Positions 11,310-21,916 of a stretch of DNA of 64,000 nt are shown here, in pieces; position 1 is the stretch's first letter, and each line of letters starts with the position of its first letter. Made by a program: the position numbers and the translations under genes. The stretch is from the NCBI GenBank assembly GCA_022340705.1, contig JAJDNJ010000143.1, positions 17,095-81,094 of the forward strand. Direction: 5' to 3'. The notes below the pieces were generated by a model. The model was not told the DNA's origin, searched no databases, and saw nothing but the letters and a program-made list of their open reading frames with translations. Origin of the DNA: Betaproteobacteria bacterium. GTDB lineage: Bacteria; Pseudomonadota; Gammaproteobacteria; Burkholderiales; SG8-39.

Positions 11310-12070
11310 TTCTTCTTGCCGGTGAGGCCCTTGAGCAGGCCCTTGAGCAGGCCGGTGTCCTCTTCCTTCGCTGCAGGGGGCGGCGTCGGGGGCTTCTGCG
11401 CCTTCTTCGCTTCCGGCGCCTTCGGCTCCGGCTTTTTCTCCTCGGCCTTCTTCACCTCGGGTTTCTTCTCCTCGGGCTTCTTGTCGACGGGCTTATCCTG
11501 CGTGTGCAGCTTCTGCATCGCGCCCTGCAGGTCGCCCTCGAGCATCTGCGGCACGAGCTCGAGCGCGCGCGCGATCGCGCCCTCGATCGCCTCGCGCTCC
11601 TCGGCTGGGGGTTTCTCGAGCACGTAGTCTGCGCCGTCGCGCCCGGCGGGCGGCCGCCCCACGCCGATGCGCAGGCGCCAGTAGTCATGCGAGCCCAGAC
11701 GCTGCGAGATGTCGCGCAACCCGTTGTGCCCGGCAATGCCCCCGCCCTGCTTGAGGCGTGCAGTGCCCGGCGCGAAGTCGAGCTCGTCGTGCACCACGAG
11801 GATCTCCTCGGCCGGGATTTTGAAGAAGCCGGTGAGCATCTGCACCGCGCGGCCCGAAGCGTTCATGAAGGTCTGCGGCATCACCAGCCACAGCGGCCCG
11901 TCCTTGCCCACCAGCGCCTGATAGTGATTGTCCTTCTTAAACGCGACGCCACGCGCAAGGCCGAGGCGCTCCACGAACCAGAATCCGGCGTTGTGCCGGG
12001 TGCGCTCGTATTCTTTGCCCGGATTGCCCAGGCCGACGATGATGCGGATGCTCGACATACGCTGCCTCAC
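11306..12070 (-). CDS. pth: peptidyl-tRNA hydrolase with an unusual ~64-aa Lys/Glu/Pro-rich C-terminal extension
   Basis: The N-terminal ~190 aa are canonical Pth ([21 protein letters not shown]...). They are followed by [40 protein letters not shown]...[15 protein letters not shown]. The stop overlaps the ychF ATG (ATGA). Confidence 0.9.
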   Translation of the reverse strand: MRQRMSSIRIIVGLGNPGKEYERTRHNAGFWFVERLGLARGVAFKKDNHYQALVGKDGPLWLVMPQTFMNASGRAVQMLTGFFKIPAEEILVVHDELDFAPGTARLKQGGGIAGHNGLRDISQRLGSHDYWRLRIGVGRPPAGRDGADYVLEKPPAEEREAIEGAIARALELVPQMLEGDLQGAMQKLHTQDKPVDKKPEEKKPEVKKAEEKKPEPKAPEAKKAQKPPTPPPAAKEEDTGLLKGLLKGLTGKKK

Positions 12071-12145
12071 GCGATCGGCGCGCGCCCAACAAGAAGCGGA
12101 GCAAGGCGGAAGCCCCTCCGCTGCTGTCGGCGCGCGCGAAGCGCG

Positions 12146-12832
12146 TTACTTGGCCTTTTCCTCTCCGCCCTCGCCTTCCTCGGGCTTCGCCCCCTGCTCG
12201 GTCGTCGGCACCTCGCCGGCCGCCGGCGCGCCCTCGATCGCCGCTGTTTCCTCCTCCTCGGTCACCAGCGCCGGGAGAATCACCGTGGCCACCACCGGAT
12301 TCTCGTTCCGGTGCAACACCGGCTCGACACCCTTGGGCAGCGCGAGATCGCGCACATGGATCGAATGACCGACCGTGAGGTTGCCGAGATCCACCTCGAC
12401 AAATTCGGGCAGGTCGTCCGGCAGACAGCTAATGTCGAGGTCGTTCATGACGTGATTCGCCACGCCCCCCTGCTCCTTCACACCAGGCGAAATTTCCGCG
12501 TTGACGAAGTGCAGAGGCACTTTCATGTGGATCTTCTTGTCTTTCGACACCCGCTGGAAATCCACGTGCTGCACGCGCGCCTTGAACGGGTGCATGTTGA
12601 CCGCGCGCAGCAGCACCTGCTCGGCGCTGCCGTCGAGCTTGAGCGTCAGAATCGACGCGTGAAAGGCCTCGCGCGTCAGGTTTTGGTAGAGCTCCTTGTG
12701 GTCGAGCTCGATATTGACCGGCGCCTGATCTCCGCCGTAGACGATGCCGGGTACCTTGTCCACGCGACGCAGGCGGCGGCTCGCACCCGTTCCCTGCAGC
12801 TCGCGCTTTTGCGCAGTGACTTCGATTTTCAT
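12146..12832 (-). CDS. rplY: 50S ribosomal protein L25 / general stress protein Ctc form
   Basis: 228 aa, [23 protein letters not shown], with an acidic C-terminal tail. prs-rplY-pth synteny. Confidence 0.92.
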   Translation of the reverse strand: MKIEVTAQKRELQGTGASRRLRRVDKVPGIVYGGDQAPVNIELDHKELYQNLTREAFHASILTLKLDGSAEQVLLRAVNMHPFKARVQHVDFQRVSKDKKIHMKVPLHFVNAEISPGVKEQGGVANHVMNDLDISCLPDDLPEFVEVDLGNLTVGHSIHVRDLALPKGVEPVLHRNENPVVATVILPALVTEEEETAAIEGAPAAGEVPTTEQGAKPEEGEGGEEKAK

Positions 12833-12896
12833 CGCTTGCTCCTATCAAATTCCGCCAGGCCCGCGACCAGGCACAGGCGGGGTTGGAAAACCTTCG

Positions 12897-13856
12897 TTAT
12901 TCGGTAAACAGCGAGCTCACCGACTCCTCGGTGAAAATCCGCAGGATCGTTTCCGCAAGCAGGCCGGCGACCGACAGCTGACGGATCTTGCCGCAGGACT
13001 GACCGTCCTCGCTGAGTGGAATCGTATCGGTGACCACCAGCTCGTCCAAGTCGCTCGCCGAAATGCGCTCGACCGCACCGCCCGACAGCACCGGATGCGT
13101 ACAGTAGGCGACCACCCGCGTGGCCCCCTCTTCCTTGAGCACCTGGGCCGCCTTGCACAGCGTGCCCGCGGTATCGACCATGTCGTCCATAATCACGCAG
13201 GTGCGCCCCTCGACGTCGCCGATGACGTTCATCACCTCGGCGACGTTCGCCTTGGGGCGGCGTTTGTCGATGATCGCGAGATCCGATTCCAGACGCTTGG
13301 CCAGCGCTCGCGCACGCACCACACCGCCCACGTCGGGCGACACGACAATCAGGTCGTCGTAGCCCTGTTTCCACACGTCGCCGAGCAGCACTGGCGCGGC
13401 ATAGATGTTGTCGACCGGAATGTCGAAAAACCCCTGGATCTGGTCGGCGTGCAGGTCCATTGTCAGCACGCGCGCGATGCCGACCGAGGTCAGCATGTTG
13501 GCCACGACCTTGGCGCTGATCGCGACGCGTGCCGAACGCGGCCGCCGATCCTGGCGCGCGTAGCCGAAGTACGGAATCGCCGCGGTCACGCGTGCCGCCG
13601 ACGAGCGCTTGAGCGCGTCGACCATGACCAGCAGCTCCATCAGGTTGTCGTTGGTCGGCGCACAGGTCGACTGCAGGATGAACACGTCCTTGCCGCGCAC
13701 GTTCTCGAGCAGTTCGATCAGCACCTCGCCGTCCGAGAAGCGGCCGACGATCGCACGGCCCAGCCCGATGTTGAGGTGCTTGACGACGTCCTGCGCGAGA
13801 CGCGCATTCGCGTTCCCGGTGAACACCATCAAGCGCTCGAGCGGCAAATTGGTCAT
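12897..13856 (-). CDS. prs: ribose-phosphate pyrophosphokinase
   Basis: 319 aa, with [17 protein letters not shown] and the PRPP-binding loop [13 protein letters not shown]. Confidence 0.96.
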   Translation of the reverse strand: MTNLPLERLMVFTGNANARLAQDVVKHLNIGLGRAIVGRFSDGEVLIELLENVRGKDVFILQSTCAPTNDNLMELLVMVDALKRSSAARVTAAIPYFGYARQDRRPRSARVAISAKVVANMLTSVGIARVLTMDLHADQIQGFFDIPVDNIYAAPVLLGDVWKQGYDDLIVVSPDVGGVVRARALAKRLESDLAIIDKRRPKANVAEVMNVIGDVEGRTCVIMDDMVDTAGTLCKAAQVLKEEGATRVVAYCTHPVLSGGAVERISASDLDELVVTDTIPLSEDGQSCGKIRQLSVAGLLAETILRIFTEESVSSLFTE

Positions 13857-13917
13857 CGAACTTCCCGTGCCGGCGATACCGCGGCAACCGGCCGAACCGG
13901 AAACCGCGTGGTTTGAT

Positions 13918-13994
13918 TGGCTGGGGCGCTAGGATTCGAACCTAGGTATGCCGGAATCAAAATCCGGTGCCTTAACCAGCTTGGCTACGCCCCA
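13918..13994 (-). tRNA. tRNA-Gln (anticodon UUG), encoded CCA end
   Basis: Minus-strand sequence TGGGGCGTAGCCAAGCTGGTtAAGGCACCGGATTTTGATTCCGGCATACCTAGGTTCGAATCCTAGCGCCCCAGCCA. 7-bp acceptor stem, anticodon loop TT-TTG-AT, GTTCGAATC T-loop. Confidence 0.93.
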
Positions 13995-14028
13995 GTCGTG
14001 CTGTGTGCTGTGTGCTGCGTCCTGAACC

Positions 14029-14886
14029 TCAACCCTCCGCCCAGTCGTGCAGCGGGTGCTGCGCGAGCCCCTCGGCGAGAAACCCGTGCATCGACGCCGG
14101 CAACATCGACTGGATGGCTTGCGCCTGCGCGGCCGACTCGAACGCCGCAAAGACACATGCCCCGCTACCTGTCATGCGTGCCCCCGGCCGGTGCTGCCTG
14201 AGCCAGTCCAGATGCGCACCGACTTCGGGGTATCGGGCGACCACGACGGCCTCGAGGTCGTTTTTCCCAAGCCCCTGAAAAAAGGGCGTTATTCTGAGAG
14301 GTTTCGTGTCCCGTGTCAACGCGCGGTCGGCGAAAATCTCGCGTGTCGACACCGTCACCGGCGGCACCAGAACCAGGTACCAGGCAGGGGGAAGCGCGAG
14401 GGCGCGGAGCCGCTCGCCGATCCCCTCACCGAGCGCGTTGCGGCCGAAGACGAAGAACGGCACGTCCGCGCCAACCGTCGCGGCCTGCGCGATCAGCTCG
14501 GCGCGTCCCAGGTCAAGCCCCCAGAGCCGATTGAGCACGAGCAGCACCGTCGCCGCGTCCGACGACCCGCCGCCCAAGCCGGCGCCTACGGGCAGGCGCT
14601 TGTCGAGCGCGATCTCGGCGCCCAGCCGCCGAGCCGCAGCACCCTGGCGTTCCACGGCGAGCGCCTTCAGGCGCTCTGCGGCGCGCAGGCAAAGATCGTC
14701 CTGCGGGGCCACGCCCGGCAGCGCGTCGAGCCGCGCCAGGCGCCCGTCCTCGCGCGGCGCAATGCCGATGCGATCGCTGCGGTCAATCAGGCGGAACACG
14801 GTTTGCAGCTCGTGGTAGCCGTCCGCGCGGCGACCGAGAACATGTAAAAACAGGTTCAGCTTGCCCGGCGCGGGATACCACTGCAT
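14029..14886 (-). CDS. ispE: 4-diphosphocytidyl-2-C-methyl-D-erythritol kinase
   Basis: I prefer ATG 14886 (MQWYPAPGKLNLFLHV). GHMP kinase motif PVGAGLGGGSSDAATVL. Confidence 0.9.
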   Translation of the reverse strand: MQWYPAPGKLNLFLHVLGRRADGYHELQTVFRLIDRSDRIGIAPREDGRLARLDALPGVAPQDDLCLRAAERLKALAVERQGAAARRLGAEIALDKRLPVGAGLGGGSSDAATVLLVLNRLWGLDLGRAELIAQAATVGADVPFFVFGRNALGEGIGERLRALALPPAWYLVLVPPVTVSTREIFADRALTRDTKPLRITPFFQGLGKNDLEAVVVARYPEVGAHLDWLRQHRPGARMTGSGACVFAAFESAAQAQAIQSMLPASMHGFLAEGLAQHPLHDWAEG

Positions 14887-14891
14887 GGCAT

Positions 14892-15461
14892 TCAGTTCGC
14901 GCCGGGCGCCGCGTTCCATTCGGTGATCGCGAGGCGCAATTCGAGCGCCGGGTAGTGCAGGCGCAGCCGTGTTGGCAGGCCACTGTCCGGCGCATAAGCG
15001 AGATATTCAATGCGCCAGCCGGCCTGCTCGAGCACCTCGAGGCGGCCCCGCGCATCGCGCTGCTCGCGCGGCGCGCCCCGCGCGCGCGCCGAGGGCCGGC
15101 CGCGCACCCAGTCAGCGAGGCCGTCGAGCGGTACCCGATAGCCAAGCACGCGCTGGGTGAGCGATTCGGCGTCGTCCGCGCGGTATTCGCCACCATCGGC
15201 GGTGCTGAGCGTCACCGTATCGCCATCGCGTCGAATGCGCGCAATCCCCTGCCCGAGCGGCGAGCTGATGAGCATCTCGTCGCCATCGCGATCGTGTCGC
15301 CAGCGCAACTGCCCGCTCGCTGCCTCGTCCCCGTAGCGCACCGCGATTCGGCCGGAGAGTTCAAAGCCGCTGGCGTCGATGCTGCGCTCGAGCTCGACGC
15401 CGACACAGCCACCCAGCAAGATAAGCCACGCGAGCGCGAGCGCGCGTGCCTGCGACCTCAC
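14892..15461 (-). CDS. lolB: outer-membrane lipoprotein LolB
   Basis: A GTG start at 15461 forms a GTGA overlap with the upstream TPR gene stop. Lipobox ...LAWLILLGGC. Conserved position upstream of ispE. Confidence 0.72.
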   Translation of the reverse strand: MRSQARALALAWLILLGGCVGVELERSIDASGFELSGRIAVRYGDEAASGQLRWRHDRDGDEMLISSPLGQGIARIRRDGDTVTLSTADGGEYRADDAESLTQRVLGYRVPLDGLADWVRGRPSARARGAPREQRDARGRLEVLEQAGWRIEYLAYAPDSGLPTRLRLHYPALELRLAITEWNAAPGAN

Positions 15462-17254
15462 GGTCGAAAGCGCCGCAGCGTCTTCTGCAAAGTCTCGTTG
15501 TCCGGGTGCTCGCGCAGCGCCTCGTCCCATATGCGGTTCGCTTCGGCGTGATCACCCGCGACCCACAGCACTTCGCCCAGGTGAGCACCGATTTCCGCAT
15601 CCGGACGCAGCGACCAGGCCCGCCGCAGCTGGACCACCGCGCCCTGGGTATCGCCTTGGCGGTAGAGCACCCATCCCATCGAATCGACGATGAAGGCGTC
15701 GTTCGGTGCGAGCTGGAGCGCGCGCTCGATGAGCGTGCGGGCCTCGTCGAGCCGCATGTTGCGGTCGGCGAAGGAGTAGCCCAGCGCGTTGTAGGCGTGG
15801 GCGTGATTCGGACGCTCCTTGATCAGCGTACGCAGATTGGTTTCGAGCACGTCGAAACGCTCGAGCTTCTCGGCGGTCAGCGCCTGGTCGTAGAGCAGGT
15901 CGGGCTCGCCGGGGTTGTCTTTGAGCGCTTTCGTGAGAAGGTTGAACGCTTCGTCGTCGCGCTTGGCCTCGCGCAGGATCTGCGCTTCGGCCATCAGAAT
16001 CTGCACCTTCTGCTGCTCTTCCTTCACGACGATTCCGCGCAGATAGGCGCGCGCATCGTCCAGGCGGCCCTGCTTGGCCATGACGCTGGCCACGCGCAGC
16101 TGGGCAGGGAGCGCCTGTTCCCCGGCGCCCACCGATTCGTACCAGCGAATCGCCTTCGCCCAGTCCTTCTGCTCTTCGGCGATCTGGCCCAGCGTGTAGC
16201 GCACCGCATTGACGTCGCGATAGTTGAGCTCGATCAGACGCTCCATGTTGCGCTCGGCGACCTCGTAATCCTTGAGCTGGAAGGCGAGCAGACCGACGGC
16301 GTAGATGACATCCGCATTTCCCGGATTGTCGGCAAGCAGCCGCTCGAACTGCTTGCGCGCTTCCGGGTAGCGCTTGTCGAGCACCAGCAATCGCGCATAG
16401 TTCATGCGCACATCGCGCTTGTCGGGAAATTGCTCGAGATAGCGTTCCAGGCCCGCGGCCGCCTCAGCCGGCGCGCGCGTCTGCAGGATCTGCGCTTCGT
16501 ACAGCGCGGCCACGTCCCAGTCCGGACGCAAGGCCGAAGCGCGTCGGATCGCTTCGAGCGCGGCCTTTTCGTCGCCCGCCGCGAACGCCGCCTGCGCGAC
16601 CGCAAAATGCGCTTCCGGCAGCTTCGGATAGGGTTCCGCGAGCCGGCGCACCACGCGCAGAGATGCGGCCTTGTCCGGATTGCGGCCCAGCAGCCGGTTG
16701 AGCTGCATGAATCCGGCAGCGGTGTTCGTACCTTTCGCCGCGAGCAGTTTCGCGATGTACTGCTCGGCTTCATCGACGCGCTTTGACGCGACCATCAGCG
16801 CCGTCACGGCATGCAGCGCGCGTATCGAATCCGGTTCGGTCTGATACCAGAGCTGCGCCGCCTCGAGTGCGAGCGCCTGATCGTGCGCCTCGCTCGCAAG
16901 TTCGAAGGCACGCTCTGCAACGCGCGGATCGCGCGTGCTCTTCGCAAGCTCGACATATGTCCGCGCCGCCAGCTCGGGCTTTCCTCGCTGGGCCGCAATT
17001 TCTCCGAGCAGGAACTCGTACAGCATGCCCTCGGACAGCGACTCCGCGGGCTGCGTGCTCGTTGGCGACACCACCGCAGCCGCGGTCTTGCCATGCGCGG
17101 CCGGTGCCTGCGGCGCCGCGGCCTGGGCCGGCGCCGCGGGCGATGCGCCTTGGGGCTTCGGCGCCTCTCCGATCGCCTCTATTTGCGTACAGGCGCCCGC
17201 GGCTGCGAGCACGGGAACGAGCGCAAACGGCAGGAAAAATCGCCGAAAAAACAT
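15458..17254 (-). CDS. tetratricopeptide-repeat lipoprotein
   Basis: I prefer ATG 17254 (MFFRRFFLPFALVPVLAAAGAC, lipobox). Repeated A-x-x-Y/F-x-x-A-L TPR-like helices run throughout. Confidence 0.75.
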   Translation of the reverse strand: MFFRRFFLPFALVPVLAAAGACTQIEAIGEAPKPQGASPAAPAQAAAPQAPAAHGKTAAAVVSPTSTQPAESLSEGMLYEFLLGEIAAQRGKPELAARTYVELAKSTRDPRVAERAFELASEAHDQALALEAAQLWYQTEPDSIRALHAVTALMVASKRVDEAEQYIAKLLAAKGTNTAAGFMQLNRLLGRNPDKAASLRVVRRLAEPYPKLPEAHFAVAQAAFAAGDEKAALEAIRRASALRPDWDVAALYEAQILQTRAPAEAAAGLERYLEQFPDKRDVRMNYARLLVLDKRYPEARKQFERLLADNPGNADVIYAVGLLAFQLKDYEVAERNMERLIELNYRDVNAVRYTLGQIAEEQKDWAKAIRWYESVGAGEQALPAQLRVASVMAKQGRLDDARAYLRGIVVKEEQQKVQILMAEAQILREAKRDDEAFNLLTKALKDNPGEPDLLYDQALTAEKLERFDVLETNLRTLIKERPNHAHAYNALGYSFADRNMRLDEARTLIERALQLAPNDAFIVDSMGWVLYRQGDTQGAVVQLRRAWSLRPDAEIGAHLGEVLWVAGDHAEANRIWDEALREHPDNETLQKTLRRFRP

Positions 17255-17349
17255 GGGGGGCCCAGTGTAGGTATATTCGATGCGCCGCACAAGCCGCGTC
17301 CCTTTGCGACGACCACCGTTCGACTTCCCGACACGCGCCGAGGTTCAAA

Positions 17350-18159
17350 ATGCCTGAACTGCCCGAGGTCGAAGTCACGCGCCGCGGCGTCGCGCCGTTC
17401 GTCACCGGGCGCGTCATTCGAGCCGCGATCGCGCGCAACCGTCGCCTGCGCTGGCCTGTGCCGGCTAGCCTGGAAACGCTTGCCGGGCGGACCGTACGCG
17501 CCGTGGAACGCCGCGGCAAGTATCTGCTGTTCGCTTGCGACGGCGGGCATCTGATCGTGCACCTTGGGATGTCCGGCAGTCTGCGTCTCCTGCCGGCAGG
17601 CACGCCGCCGGGCAAGCACGATCACGTTGACCTGGTCTTCGGCGCGCGCGTGCTGCGCCTGCGCGACCCGCGCCGCTTTGGCGCAGTGCTGTGGACCGAG
17701 GCAGCGCCCGAAACGCACCCGCTGCTCGCGCATCTCGGCGTTGAGCCTCTGTCGCGTGCGCTCACCGCCAAGCGTCTGTACGAGTTGACGCGCGGACACC
17801 GTACCGCGATCAAGCATCTGCTCATGGATGCGCGTCGCATCGTCGGCATCGGCAACATCTATGCCTGCGAGAGCCTGTTCCTCGCGGGCATAGATCCGCG
17901 CGCCCCGGCCGGGCGCCTGTCGCGCGCGCGCTGCGCGCGCTTGGTTGTCTCAATCAAGCAGATCCTGCGCAAGGCAATTCGCGCGGGCGGCGCTTCGTTG
18001 CGCGATTTCGTGCGCAGCGACGGCGAGCCCGGGCATTTTCAGCTGCGCAGCTGGGTCTATGGGCGCCCCGGGCTGCCCTGCCGGCGCTGCGGCGCCGCCC
18101 TGCGCCGGATCGTGCAGGGCCAGCGCGCAACCTTCTATTGCCCGCGCTGCCAGCGCTAG
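17350..18159 (+). CDS. mutM: formamidopyrimidine-DNA glycosylase
   Basis: Start MPELPEVEVTRRG at ATG 17350. C-terminal zinc finger CRRCG...YCPRCQ. The ORF-track N-terminal extension (from 16783) is antisense read-through. Confidence 0.94.
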   Translation: MPELPEVEVTRRGVAPFVTGRVIRAAIARNRRLRWPVPASLETLAGRTVRAVERRGKYLLFACDGGHLIVHLGMSGSLRLLPAGTPPGKHDHVDLVFGARVLRLRDPRRFGAVLWTEAAPETHPLLAHLGVEPLSRALTAKRLYELTRGHRTAIKHLLMDARRIVGIGNIYACESLFLAGIDPRAPAGRLSRARCARLVVSIKQILRKAIRAGGASLRDFVRSDGEPGHFQLRSWVYGRPGLPCRRCGAALRRIVQGQRATFYCPRCQR

Positions 18160-18185
18160 GGAAGGACTGAACAAGGGGGCTCCGC

Positions 18186-19246
<1,061 letters not shown>

Positions 19247-19258
19247 CTCGGTCGCGTT

Positions 19259-19267
19259 TGATAGAAT
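19259..19267 (+). promoter_or_regulatory. candidate extended -10 promoter (TGaTAGAAT) for ftsYEX
   Basis: TGATAGAAT lies 23 nt before ATG 19290, the same sequence and spacing as the typA site. Confidence 0.4.
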
Positions 19268-19289
19268 CGGTCGCATCTTAGCGGCACGG

Positions 19290-20258
19290 ATGGCGCCCGC
19301 CGTGCTCGGCCTCGCAGACAAACCCTTGAACGAAAAATCGTCTTGGACTGCCCGCCTCAAGGCGGGGCTTGCGCGCACGCGCGGCGCCCTCGGCGGCGGG
19401 CTCGGCTCACTGCTCGGGCGTCGCAAGGTCGACGAGACCTTGTTCGAAGATCTCGAAACGGCGCTGCTGACCGCCGACTGCGGGGTCGAAGCGACCGAGG
19501 CGCTTCTTGCGACGCTGCGCGCGCGGGCGCGCAAGGAGCACATCGAGGACGGCGCGGCACTGAAGGCGGCACTGCGCGAGACGCTGCTCGAGACGCTGGC
19601 CCCGCTCGAGCGACGGCTCGAGGTTCTTGCCGCGCGCCCTTTCGTGATCATGGTGGCGGGGGTGAACGGCTCGGGCAAGACCACGTCGATCGGCAAGCTG
19701 ACCAAGTGGCTCCAGGCGCAGGGCTGCAGCGTTCTCCTGGCCGCCGGTGACACGTTTCGTGCGGCGGCACGCGAGCAGCTCGTGGCCTGGGGCGAGCGCA
19801 ACGGCGTGCCCGTCGTCGGTCAGGCGGGCGGCGACCCGGGCGCCGTGGTGTTCGACGCGATTCAGGCCGCACGGGCGCGCGGCATCGACGTCGTCGTCGC
19901 GGATACGGCCGGACGCTTGCCGACGCAGCTGCACCTGATGGAGGAAATCAAGAAGGTGAAGCGTGTCGCGGCAAAGGCGCTTCCTGACGCACCGCACGAG
20001 GTCGTGCTCGTGCTCGACGCCAATACCGGTCAGAACGCGCTCGCCCAGGTCAAGGCGTTTGACGAGGCGATCGGGCTGACGGGGCTCATGCTGACCAAGC
20101 TCGACGGCACCGCGAAAGGCGGGGTCGTGGCAGCGATCGCGCGCGCGCGCGCCGCCTCGGGCGCAGTCCTCCCGCTGCTGTTCGTCGGGGTTGGCGAAGG
20201 CGTCGACGACCTGCGGCCGTTCTCGGCACGCGAATTCGTCGAGGGGCTGGTTGATTAG
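19290..20258 (+). CDS. ftsY: signal recognition particle receptor FtsY (short form, no long acidic A domain)
   Basis: NG domain present: VIMVAGVNGSGKTTSIGKL, DTAGRL, TKLDGTAKGG. The start at ATG 19290 is the first one beyond the divergent rsmD. Confidence 0.88.
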   Translation: MAPAVLGLADKPLNEKSSWTARLKAGLARTRGALGGGLGSLLGRRKVDETLFEDLETALLTADCGVEATEALLATLRARARKEHIEDGAALKAALRETLLETLAPLERRLEVLAARPFVIMVAGVNGSGKTTSIGKLTKWLQAQGCSVLLAAGDTFRAAAREQLVAWGERNGVPVVGQAGGDPGAVVFDAIQAARARGIDVVVADTAGRLPTQLHLMEEIKKVKRVAAKALPDAPHEVVLVLDANTGQNALAQVKAFDEAIGLTGLMLTKLDGTAKGGVVAAIARARAASGAVLPLLFVGVGEGVDDLRPFSAREFVEGLVD

Positions 20259-20919
20259 CTTCTCCGCAGTCTCGAAGCGCTTTCCGGGAGGCAAGGAAGC
20301 GCTGCGCGGTCTGTCGTTCACGGTCGAAGACGGCGAGCTGCTGTTCATCACGGGCCATTCGGGAGCAGGCAAGTCGACGCTGCTCAAGCTGATTCCCGCG
20401 ATTGAGCGGCCGAGCAGCGGCACGGTGCTGGTGAACGGGCAGAACGTCGGCGCGCTGAAGCCTGCGGCGATCCCCTATCTGCGGCGCAACCTCGGTCTCG
20501 TCTTTCAGGATCAGAAGCTGCTCTACGATCGCAGCGTCTACGACAACGTGATGCTCCCGCTCGTGTTTTCGGACCACTCGCCGCGCGAGGCCGCGCGCCG
20601 CGTACGCGCCGCGCTCGACAAGGTCGGCCTGCTCGGCCGCGAGCGCGCCAACCCGATCCAGCTCTCGGGCGGCGAGCAGCAGCGCCTCGCCATCGCGCGC
20701 GCCGTCGTCAATCGCCCTTCGATTCTGATCGCCGACGAGCCGACGGCCAATCTCGACATCGATTCGGCCGGCGATATCCTGGACATTTTCGTCGAGTTCA
20801 ACCGGGTCGGCGTCAATGTGCTGCTCGCGACGCACGACCTTGGCCTCGTCGAGCGTTTCGCCACGCGCGTGCTGCGCCTGAGCGAAGGACGCCTGCTCGG
20901 CGAAAGCGGGGCCGGATGA
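20251..20919 (+). CDS. ftsE: cell division ATP-binding protein FtsE
   Basis: A TTG start at 20251 (LISFSAVSKRF...) overlaps the ftsY stop. Walker A GHSGAGKST, signature LSGGEQQR. Confidence 0.88.
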   Translation: MISFSAVSKRFPGGKEALRGLSFTVEDGELLFITGHSGAGKSTLLKLIPAIERPSSGTVLVNGQNVGALKPAAIPYLRRNLGLVFQDQKLLYDRSVYDNVMLPLVFSDHSPREAARRVRAALDKVGLLGRERANPIQLSGGEQQRLAIARAVVNRPSILIADEPTANLDIDSAGDILDIFVEFNRVGVNVLLATHDLGLVERFATRVLRLSEGRLLGESGAG

Positions 20920-21824
20920 GATCCTGGCTGCGTCAGCATCGCCTGGCCCTCGCGGCCGCAGCGCGCAAGTGGCTCGCCCAGCGTGCCGCCGCGCTGCTCA
21001 ATGCGCTCGCATTGGGCGTTGCACTGGCGCTGCCGGCCGGTGGATTCGCGCTACTCGAAGGCCTGCAGGCGCTGTCCACGCGCAGCGCGATCGATCCGCA
21101 GGTCTCCGTGTTCATGCGTACCGACGTCGCCCCGCAAGCGACCCAGCAGCTCGCGGCGCGGCTGCGTCGCGACCCGCGGGTCCACCGCGTGCGGCTGATC
21201 ACACGCGAGGACGCGCTCCAATCCCTGCGCGACACGAGCGGGCTTGCGGACGTCGTCTCCGCGCTGGGCTCCAACCCGTTGCCGGATACCCTCGTCGTCA
21301 CGGTCGCTGCGAGCGGCGAAAAAACGCTCGATCAGCTGGCCGAAGAGCTCGGCCGCGCACCGGGGGTTGCCCAGGCACAGGTCGACGCTCTCTGGGCGCG
21401 CCGACTGGCCGCGCTCGAGCGGGTCGGGCGCCTCGCGCTTGTGCTGGTCGCCGGAATTCTCGCCGTCGGACTGGTGGCCATCGCGTTCAACACGATCCGG
21501 CTCCAGATCCTGACGCTGCGCGACGAGATCGAGGTCTCCAAGCTGATCGGCGCGACCGATGCGTTCATCCAGCGCCCCTTTCTTTATCTCGGTCTGCTTC
21601 AGGGACTGGCGGGCGCCCTGGTGGCCCTGGGGCTGGTCTGGGGCGCGCTTGCACTGCTCAACACGGAGGTCGCCGGCCTGGCGCGAACCTACGGCAGCGA
21701 CTTTCGCCTGCCCTTTCTCAGCCTCGGCGAGGTGGTCGGGCTGGCGCTGATCGCGGGGGGCTTGGGATGGCTCGGCGCGTATATGTCAGTAAGTAAATAC
21801 TTACGGGAAATTGAGCCTGCATAA
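20916..21824 (+). CDS. ftsX: cell division permease-like protein FtsX
   Basis: 302 aa. ATGA overlap with ftsE. Periplasmic loop followed by three C-terminal TM helices. Confidence 0.85.
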   Translation: MRSWLRQHRLALAAAARKWLAQRAAALLNALALGVALALPAGGFALLEGLQALSTRSAIDPQVSVFMRTDVAPQATQQLAARLRRDPRVHRVRLITREDALQSLRDTSGLADVVSALGSNPLPDTLVVTVAASGEKTLDQLAEELGRAPGVAQAQVDALWARRLAALERVGRLALVLVAGILAVGLVAIAFNTIRLQILTLRDEIEVSKLIGATDAFIQRPFLYLGLLQGLAGALVALGLVWGALALLNTEVAGLARTYGSDFRLPFLSLGEVVGLALIAGGLGWLGAYMSVSKYLREIEPA

Positions 21825-21847
21825 ATGACCATTTGGTGGACTCCGAG

Positions 21848-21875
21848 GGAACTCAGGAGGCCTTTAGCACTCTAA
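21848..21875 (+). promoter_or_regulatory. candidate sigma-E (RpoE)-type promoter for rpoH
   Basis: GGAACTC-N16-TCTAA matches the GGAACTT-N16-TCnaA consensus remembered from E. coli sigma-E promoters, including rpoH P3. It lies ~42 nt upstream of the rpoH ATG. Confidence 0.45.
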
Positions 21876-21916
21876 TTGCTTGAGTGCTAGACTTCGGCAA
21901 AAGGGGGCTTTTGGCA

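Noticed and set aside
13918-13994. tRNA-Gln considered as a genomic-island insertion site
   Set aside because: Both flanks are the conserved ispE and prs-rplY-pth genes. There is no integrase and no duplicated tRNA 3' end nearby.
16783-18159. Long N-terminal extensions in the ORF track (mutM from 16783, rsmD to 19801, SCO1 to 24187, hslU to 46834, metK from 54713, metF from 58015, EnvC from 37878)
   Set aside because: The extensions overlap neighbouring genes, lack homology-like sequence, and contain internal ATG or GTG codons that give canonical N-termini, often with Shine-Dalgarno sequences or stop-start overlaps. I trimmed them.
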